This document shows positions 9,160 through 17,956 of a stretch of DNA of 17,956 bases, one piece after another; the first letter of the stretch is position 1; the number at the start of each line of letters is the position of its first letter. Origin of the DNA: a virus (Duplodnaviria > Heunggongvirae > Uroviricota > Caudoviricetes); IMG/VR virus record IMGVR_UViG_2734482540_000003. One strand, written 5' to 3'. The position numbers were made by a program, and so were the translations under genes. The notes under the pieces were generated by a model. It saw only the letters and a list, made by a program, of their open reading frames with translations, was not told the origin of the DNA and did not search any database.

Positions 9160-9498
9160 TTATTGCATTCTGGCCAGGCCGCGCTCTGTCATTTCGGCTG
9201 CCACACCGGCAGAGACACGAAACGCCGTTCCCGGCAGCACAAATGCCACAGGTTTATCCCGCGTGGCGTGAAGTGCATCAGTATGCAGCGTCACCAGTGC
9301 CACGACCGTGACCAGTTCAGCCGTATCCTGAATCACGGTATCCGGCTGCGCTGATACCACCTCATTTTCATGCCCGGTCAGCACATTTTCCCGGCTGAGA
9401 GGGGTGTCCTGACCGGCAGTTTCATCCGTGTCATCAAGCTCTTCTTCCAGCTCTGCCACACGAAGCGCCAGTTCTTCTTTCGTTCCCGTCAAACTGAC
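9160..9498 (-). CDS. FI: DNA-packaging protein FI (visible C-terminal 112 codons; start lies in the N-masked stretch)
   Basis: Visible translation VSLTGTKEELALRVAELEEELDDTDETAGQDTPLSRENVLTGHENEVVSAQPDTVIQDTAELVTVVALVTLHTDALHATRDKPVAFVLPGTAFRVSAGVAAEMTERGLARMQ is the C-terminal part of lambda gpFI (132 aa). Extrapolated start is near 9558. The 510-aa track ORF is an artefact of E and FI being read in one frame across the N-run. Confidence 0.88.
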   Translation of the reverse strand, partial: VSLTGTKEELALRVAELEEELDDTDETAGQDTPLSRENVLTGHENEVVSAQPDTVIQDTAELVTVVALVTLHTDALHATRDKPVAFVLPGTAFRVSAGVAAEMTERGLARMQ

Positions 9499-9786
9499 NN
9501 NNNNNNNNNNNNNNNNNNNNNNNNNNNNNNNNNNNNNNNNNNNNNNNNNNNNNNNNNNNNNNNNNNNNNNNNNNNNNNNNNNNNNNNNNNNNNNNNNNNN
9601 NNNNNNNNNNNNNNNNNNNNNNNNNNNNNNNNNNNNNNNNNNNNNNNNNNNNNNNNNNNNNNNNNNNNNNNNNNNNNNNNNNNNNNNNNNNNNNNNNNNN
9701 NNNNNNNNNNNNNNNNNNNNNNNNNNNNNNNNNNNNNNNNNNNNNNNNNNNNNNNNNNNNNNNNNNNNNNNNNNNNNNNNNNNNNN

Positions 9787-10665
9787 TGCGTCCGCATCCT
9801 GAATGCAGCCATAGGTGCGCAGACCGCGAGCCTGAGTGTTCCCCAGCACCATCGTGTTGTCCGGCAGGAAGTTCTTTTTGACGCCGTTTTCCACGTACTG
9901 TCCGGAATACACGACGATGGCCACATCGCCATACATTCCCTTATAGGACACCGCTTTGCCCAGGTCTTTTACCGCTGTCTCCAGCTCGGAATGAGAGCCG
10001 CGACGGGTATCCAGCTTCTCCTTGACGGCTTTGAAGGAACGGAACAGCGCCCAGCCTTTCGGGTCAAACACGATGATATTCACCACACCGCTGGCGTTCA
10101 GCGCGTAGGCTTCGATATCGTCGGTCGGGTCATACGTGGACTTGTCACGCTTGCTCCACTCCGTGACGCCGGACTGTGTGATGTTGTTCGCCGCACTGCG
10201 GCCCATATCCACCTCAACCGGATCGAAGGCTTCACCGGTCATGGTGTATTTGCCCTTGAGCACGGCAGAAACTGCCTGCATCTCTTCGACCTGAGCAATG
10301 GCCAGCTCTTCGTCACGCATGTTCTGCATGATGATGCGACGGCGGCGGTAAGCCGGGTCCGCCAGATTCTGCGGATCTTCATCCGGCAGGCGACGCAGGG
10401 TCATCTGCGGATTCACCTCATGCTTGGGTTTGACATATCCCGGCGTAAATTCAGAGGTGGAGCCGCCACGGGAACGGATAACCTCACCGGAAACAATCGG
10501 CGAAACGTACAGCGCCATGTTTACCAGTCCCGGAATTTGTGAGAGATAGACTTTCTCCGTAGTGAAGGGATAGCTCTCACGGAAAAAGAGACGCAGAAAC
10601 AGCGGATCAAACTTAAATTTCTGCTCATTTGCCGCCAGCAGCTGGGCGGTTGTGTACATCGACAT
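9787..10665 (-). CDS. E: Major capsid protein E (visible N-terminal 293 codons; 3' end lies in the N-masked stretch)
   Basis: From ATG at 10663-10665: MSMYTTAQLLAANEQKFKFDPLFLRLFFRESYPFTTEKVYLSQIPGLVNMALYVSPIVSGEVIRSRGGSTSEFTPGYVKPKHEVNPQ..., matching lambda gpE (341 aa). Expected stop is near 9640 inside the N-run. The track's upstream extension to 10692 is not the real start. Confidence 0.93.
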
Positions 10666-10720
10666 AAAAAAATCCCGTAAAAAAAGCCACACAGGCGGCC
10701 TTTAGTGATGAAGGGTAAAG

Positions 10721-11053
10721 TTAAACGATGCTGATTGCCGTTCCGGCAAACACGGTCCGTTTTTTCGTCTCGTCGCTGGCAGCCTCCGGCCAGAGCACAT
10801 CCTCATAACGGAACGTGCCGGACTTGTAGAACGTCAGTGTGGTGCTGGTCTGGTCAGCAGCAACCGCAAGAATGCCAACGGCAGCACCGTCGGTGGTGCC
10901 ATCCCACGCAACCAGCTTACGGGTGGAGGTGTCCAGCATCAGCGGGGTCATTGCAGGCGCTTTCGCACTCAATCCGCCGGGCGCGGTTGCGGTATGAGCC
11001 GGGTCACTATTGCCCAGCGGCTGGTAATGGGTAAAGGTTTCTTTGCTCGTCAT
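10721..11053 (-). CDS. D: Capsid decoration protein D
   Basis: Track ORF 10721..11059; lambda gpD (110 aa, [43 protein letters not shown]...AGTAISIV) begins at the second ATG (11053). A 55-nt spacer separates it from E, as in lambda. Confidence 0.93.
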   Translation of the reverse strand: MTSKETFTHYQPLGNSDPAHTATAPGGLSAKAPAMTPLMLDTSTRKLVAWDGTTDGAAVGILAVAADQTSTTLTFYKSGTFRYEDVLWPEAASDETKKRTVFAGTAISIV

Positions 11054-11062
11054 AAACATCCC

Positions 11063-11668
11063 TTACACTGGTGTGTTCAGCAAATCGTTAACGGCATCAG
11101 ATGCCGGGTTACCTGCAGCCAGCGGTGCCGGTGCCCCCTGCATCAGACGATCCAGCGCAGTGTCACTGCGCGTCTGTGCACTCTGTGGTGCTGCGGCCAG
11201 AATACGGCGGGCCGTTTCCACGGTCATACCGGGGGTTTCGGCCAGCACGCGTGCCTGTTCTTCGCGTCCGTGAGCCTCCTCACAGTTGAGGATCCCCATA
11301 ATGCGACTGTTTTCTGCCGCAACCGCTGCGGTGATCTGCGCGTTCACGTCCGGCTGCGCCGCGCTGGCGTTCTCGCCCTCCGTCGCTTGCACCACGCCAG
11401 TAACGTCAGCCTGCGAAGCAGTGGCTGAAACAGTTGTTGATTGAGTCTCTTTGGTCATTCGCCCTCCTGAGAGACGGGATTTACGTGCATCCAGTGCATC
11501 ACGCATGACGGTGATCGCATCGGTACTGTTAACAAGTTCATCAGCCAGTCCGGCATCAATGGCCTCCTGACCGCTGTACACTGCAGCCTCGGTATCCAGC
11601 ACAGCCTGCACGGACAGGCCGGTATATGCCGACACCTTCTGTGCAAACATCCGGCGGGTTGCATCCAT
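11063..11668 (-). CDS. nu3: Capsid scaffolding protein Nu3 (internal in-frame initiation within C; shares the C-terminal 201 codons of C)
   Basis: In-frame ATG at 11666-11668 begins MDATRRMFAQKVSAYTGLSVQ..., the position of lambda nu3 within C. No strong Shine-Dalgarno, so the call rests on the known lambda arrangement. Confidence 0.72.
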   Translation of the reverse strand: MDATRRMFAQKVSAYTGLSVQAVLDTEAAVYSGQEAIDAGLADELVNSTDAITVMRDALDARKSRLSGGRMTKETQSTTVSATASQADVTGVVQATEGENASAAQPDVNAQITAAVAAENSRIMGILNCEEAHGREEQARVLAETPGMTVETARRILAAAPQSAQTRSDTALDRLMQGAPAPLAAGNPASDAVNDLLNTPV

Positions 11669-12362
11669 CCGGGACTGCAATGTTTCCCGGACATCATCCG
11701 GTAGATGGCTGTAGGGGTTGCCATCCACCTTATGGCTGCCGCTGTAAATCAGCGTGATTTCCACGCCCTGTTTCTCCAGTGCAGCGCCGTAATTACTGTG
11801 AGCCATCATGACGCCGATGGAGCCTGTCCGGGCGGTCTGCGTGACCAGACGCCGGGAGGCGGCACTGGCAAGCAGCTGACCTGCGCTGCAGTTCATGTCA
11901 TTGGCCAGCGCCCATACCGGCTTTATGTCACGCACACGGGCGATGATGTCAGCGCAGTCAAATGCTCCCGCCACCATTCCGCCCGGTGTGTCCATATCGA
12001 GCAGAATGCCGTCCACCATCGGGTCGCTGGCAGCCTGTTGCAGACGGGCGATAATGCCGTTGTAACCGGTCATCCCCGAGTACGGCTGCAGCGCCCGCGT
12101 CCGGCTGACCAGCGTGCCGGACACCGGCAGCACGGCGATGCCGTTCATTACCTGATAACTGCGGGCCTGTCGTGGTCCGTCATCATCACCGGATAACGCC
12201 AGCGCCGCGGGTGCCTCTCCGGCAGTCAGGCTGTCGCCGGATACTGCATCCGTCAGGCAGCTGATCCCAAGCTGGCCTGCAAGCGCACAAAAGAAAACCC
12301 GCGCATAGGCGGGTTCAAGCATCAGCGGCTCATTAAAAGCCATGCTGGCAATATGCGGGAGA

Positions 12363-12382
<20 letters not shown>
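11063..12382 (-). CDS. C: Capsid assembly protease C (ClpP/S49-like serine protease), 439 aa
   Basis: Track ORF 11063..12517 contains the lambda gpC sequence from residue 46 onward (V/M-TAELRNLPHIASMAFNEPLMLEPAYARVFFCALAGQLGIS...LLNTPV). The initiator at 12380-12382 reads GTG. Overlaps the B stop by about 20 nt. The longer 484-aa frame is not accepted. Confidence 0.9.
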
Positions 12383-16063
<3,681 letters not shown>

Positions 16064-16089
<26 letters not shown>

Positions 16090-16609
16090 TCAGCAACCCC
16101 GGTATCAGTTCATCCAGCGCGGCTGCTTTGTTCATGGCTTTGATGATATCCCGTTTCAGGAAATCAACATGTCGGTTTTCCAGTTCCGGAAAACGCCGCT
16201 GCACCGACAGGGGGATCCCGTCGAGAATACTGGCAATTTCACCTGCGATCCGCGACAGCACGAAAGTACAGAATGCGGTTTCCACCACTTCAGCGGAGTC
16301 TCTGGCATTTTTCAGCTCCTGTGCGTCGGCCTGCGCACGCGTAAGTCGATGGCGTTCGTACTCAATAGTCCCTGGCTGGAGATCTGTCTCGCTGGCCTGC
16401 CGCAGTTCTTCAACTTCCCGGCGCAGCTTTTCGTTCTCAATTTCAGCATCCCTTTCGGCATACCATCTTATAACGGCGGCAGAGTCATAAAGCACCTCAT
16501 TACCCTTGCCACCGCCTCGCAGAACGGGCATTCCCTGTTCCTGCCAGTTCTGAATGGTACGGATACTCGCACCGAAAATGTCAGCCAGCTGCTTTTTGTT
16601 GACTTCCAT
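16064..16609 (-). CDS. nu1: Terminase small subunit Nu1
   Basis: 181-aa ORF MEVNKKQLADIFGASIRTIQNWQEQGMPVLRGGGKGNEVLYDSAAVIRWYAERDAEIENEKLRREVEELRQ... matches lambda gpNu1. ATG at 16607-16609, directly downstream of the cosB-like repeats. Confidence 0.95.
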
Positions 16610-16629
16610 TGTTCATTCCACGGACAAAA

Positions 16630-16750
16630 ACAGAGAAAGGAAACGACAGAGGCCAAAAAGCCCGTTTTCAGCACCTGTCGTTTCCTTTCTTTTCAGGGGG
16701 TGTTTTAAATAAAAACATTAGGTTACGGCGAAGAAGAACGGAAACGCCTT
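16630..16750. promoter_or_regulatory. cosB-like terminase-binding region (R1, R2, R3 repeats flanking an AT-rich IHF-site-like segment)
   Basis: Seen directly: agagaaaggaaacgacag (about 16633-16650) and its near-perfect inverted copy ctgtcgtttcctttct (about 16676-16691), plus a third related copy gaagaagaacggaaacg (about 16729-16745), with an AT-rich tract (ttttaaataaaaacatta) between. This layout matches the R1-R2-I1-R3 organisation of lambda cosB just upstream of Nu1. Confidence 0.65.
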
Positions 16751-16780
16751 AAACCGGAAAATTGTCATAAATAGCGAAAA

Positions 16781-16805
16781 CCCGCGCGCCTTCCGCCCCG
16801 TAACC
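16781..16805. promoter_or_regulatory. cosN-like region (terminase nicking site) with a non-canonical core
   Basis: Flanking sequence (gcgaaaacccgcg ... cgtaacctgtcgg) is what surrounds lambda cosN, but the 12 nt between read CGCCTTCCGCCC rather than the reverse complement of the lambda cohesive end (AGGTCGCCGCCC). Position relative to cosB and Nu1 is as expected. Confidence 0.5.
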
Positions 16806-16834
16806 TGTCGGATCGCCGGAAAGGACCCGCAAAA

Positions 16835-16849
16835 TGATAATAATTATCA
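16835..16849. promoter_or_regulatory. Perfect 7-1-7 inverted repeat TGATAATAATTATCA (Fur-box-like), in the region where cosQ maps
   Basis: Read directly from the sequence; matches the TGATAATnATTATCA Fur-box consensus. Lies about 40 nt from the cosN-like core and about 150 nt upstream of the YlcI-like ORF. Confidence 0.4.
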
Positions 16850-16997
16850 TCTACATGTCACAACGTGCATCTACGCCATCAAACCACGTCAAATAATCAA
16901 TTATGACGCAGGTATCGTATTAATTGATCTGCATCAACTTAACGTAAAAACAACTTCAGACAATACAAATCAGCGACACTGAATACAGGGCAACCTC

Positions 16998-17231
16998 ATG
17001 TCAACGAAGAACAGAACCCGCAGAACAACAACCCGCAACATCCGCTTTCCTAACCAAATGATTGAACAAATTAACATCGCTCTTGTTCAAAAAGGGTCCG
17101 GGAATTTCTCAGCCTGGGTCATTGAAGCCTGCCGCCGGAGACTGTGCTCAGAAAAAAGAGTTTCGCCTGAAGCAAACAAAGAAAAGAGTGACATTACTGA
17201 ATTGCTCAGAAAACAGGTTAGACCAGATTGA
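16998..17231 (+). CDS. Small basic protein, YlcI/DUF3950-like (homolog of the unnamed small ORF next to cos in lambda); function unknown
   Basis: 77-aa ORF MSTKNRTRRTTTRNIRFPNQMIEQINIALVQKGSGNFSAWVIEACRRRL... The N-terminal 50 or so residues match the small lambda right-end ORF and the DLP12 YlcI family as I recall them; the C-terminal tail differs. Basic N-terminus and a ribbon-helix-helix-like core suggest nucleic-acid binding. Weak Shine-Dalgarno. Confidence 0.6.
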   Translation: MSTKNRTRRTTTRNIRFPNQMIEQINIALVQKGSGNFSAWVIEACRRRLCSEKRVSPEANKEKSDITELLRKQVRPD

Positions 17232-17288
17232 AGCAATTTAGATAATCGTGCAGACTACGCCCCCTCATATCACATGGAAGGTACTACA

Positions 17289-17699
17289 ATGGCTCAGGTT
17301 GCCATTTTTAAACAAATATTCGATAAAGTGCGAAATAATTTAAACTATCACTGGTTTTATTCTGAACTAAAACGTCACAATGTCTCACATTACATTTACT
17401 ATTTAGCCACAGAGAATATTCATCTTGTTCTTGAAAACGATAATACGGTTTTAATAAAAGGACAGGGTAAGGTTGTAAATGTAAGATTTTCAAAAAATAA
17501 ATGCCTTATAGAAGCCACCTTAAAAGGATTCAAATCAGGAGAGTTATCATTTTACGAATACAGGAAAAATCTTGCTACAGCAGGGGTTTTCAGATGGATT
17601 ACAAATATCCACGAAAACAAAAGGTATTACTATACCTTTGATAATTCATTACTCTTTACTGAGAACATACAGAACACTACACAAATATTTCCGCACTAA
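17289..17699 (+). CDS. DUF1398-family protein, YbcV-like (homolog of the lambda right-end ORF lambdap78); function unknown
   Basis: Track ORF 17274..17699. The likely start is the second ATG at 17289 ([67 protein letters not shown]...[35 protein letters not shown]), preceded by GGAAGG at a 7-nt spacing. AT-rich codon usage unlike the structural genes. Resembles YbcV/lambdap78 at roughly 75-80% identity by recollection. Confidence 0.75.
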   Translation: MAQVAIFKQIFDKVRNNLNYHWFYSELKRHNVSHYIYYLATENIHLVLENDNTVLIKGQGKVVNVRFSKNKCLIEATLKGFKSGELSFYEYRKNLATAGVFRWITNIHENKRYYYTFDNSLLFTENIQNTTQIFPH

Positions 17700-17707
17700 A
17701 TCATAAC

Positions 17708-17736
17708 GTCCGGTTTCTTCCGTGCCAGAACCGGAC
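17708..17736 (+). other. 8-bp perfect inverted repeat (GTCCGGTT ... AACCGGAC) with a 13-nt loop just downstream of the YbcV-like stop; possible transcript 3' stem-loop
   Basis: Read directly. No U-tract follows, so it is not a classical intrinsic terminator. Confidence 0.3.
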
Positions 17737-17956
17737 TCGCTGGCATGATGAAATATGTGTACCCGGTAACCCCGGTGTGCATCGTTTTTGATTATTCCCG
17801 CACACTCGCGCAGAAGGAGTTCCCCGTCGGGCTACGGTCTCTGTTAATACGGGAATACGGCGACGATTGGATTTGCCCCTATATTTCCAGACATCTGTTA
17901 TCACTTAACCCATTACAAGCCCGCTGCCGCAGATATTCCCGTGGCGAGCGATAACC

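Noticed and set aside
9370-10542. 390-aa plus-strand ORF
   Set aside because: Antisense to major capsid gene E and bridged across the N-run (X residues). Artefact of masking plus an antisense frame.
9160-10692. 510-aa minus ORF
   Set aside because: Artificial fusion of E and FI, because the 288-nt N-run keeps them in one frame. They are called as two partial genes instead.
16169-16708. 179-aa plus-strand ORF
   Set aside because: Antisense to Nu1 and running into the cosB repeats. Not credible as a gene.
17308-17493. 61-aa minus-strand ORF
   Set aside because: Lies entirely inside, and antisense to, the well-supported YbcV-like gene.
17701-17904. 67-aa minus-strand ORF
   Set aside because: Arginine-rich nonsense-like translation in an apparently non-coding region, antisense to the previous candidate.
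17745-17954. 69-aa plus-strand ORF (MMKYVYPVTPVCIVFDYS...)
   Set aside because: No convincing ribosome-binding site. The segment appears homologous to the untranslated region between the YbcV-like gene and bor in lambda. Odd composition. A real small protein cannot be excluded, but support is insufficient.

Overview
This 17,956-nt window is almost entirely the late (morphogenetic) region of a phage-lambda-type prophage or phage genome, encoded on the minus strand in canonical lambda order: terminase Nu1 and A, head genes W, B, C/Nu3, D, E, FI, FII, and tail genes Z, U, V, G/T, H, M, L, K, I plus the first 1.2 kb of J (which runs off the left edge). Gene overlaps and the G-T -1 frameshift site are as in lambda. 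The cos region (cosB-like repeats and a cosN-like core) sits at about 16.63-16.81 kb just upstream of Nu1. Beyond cos lie two small plus-strand accessory ORFs (YlcI/DUF3950-like and YbcV/DUF1398-like) in an AT-rich segment. Three N-masked stretches (2540-2789, 8035-8298, 9499-9786) hide the L/K, Z/U and E/FI junctions, so those genes are reported only for their visible parts. I found no tRNA, rRNA, CRISPR array, IS element or convincing defence or toxin system, and I do not see evidence for an undescribed system here. The points worth a second look are: (1) a cosN core that does not match the canonical lambdoid cohesive end although the terminase is lambda-type, (2) a perfect Fur-box-like 7-1-7 palindrome next to cos, (3) an open reading frame continuing upstream of the canonical K start, and (4) accessory-gene content next to cos that differs from lambda. 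All protein calls rest on recognising the supplied ORF translations against lambda protein sequences recalled from memory; no database search was run. Base-level coordinates of short motifs may be off by 1-2 nt.
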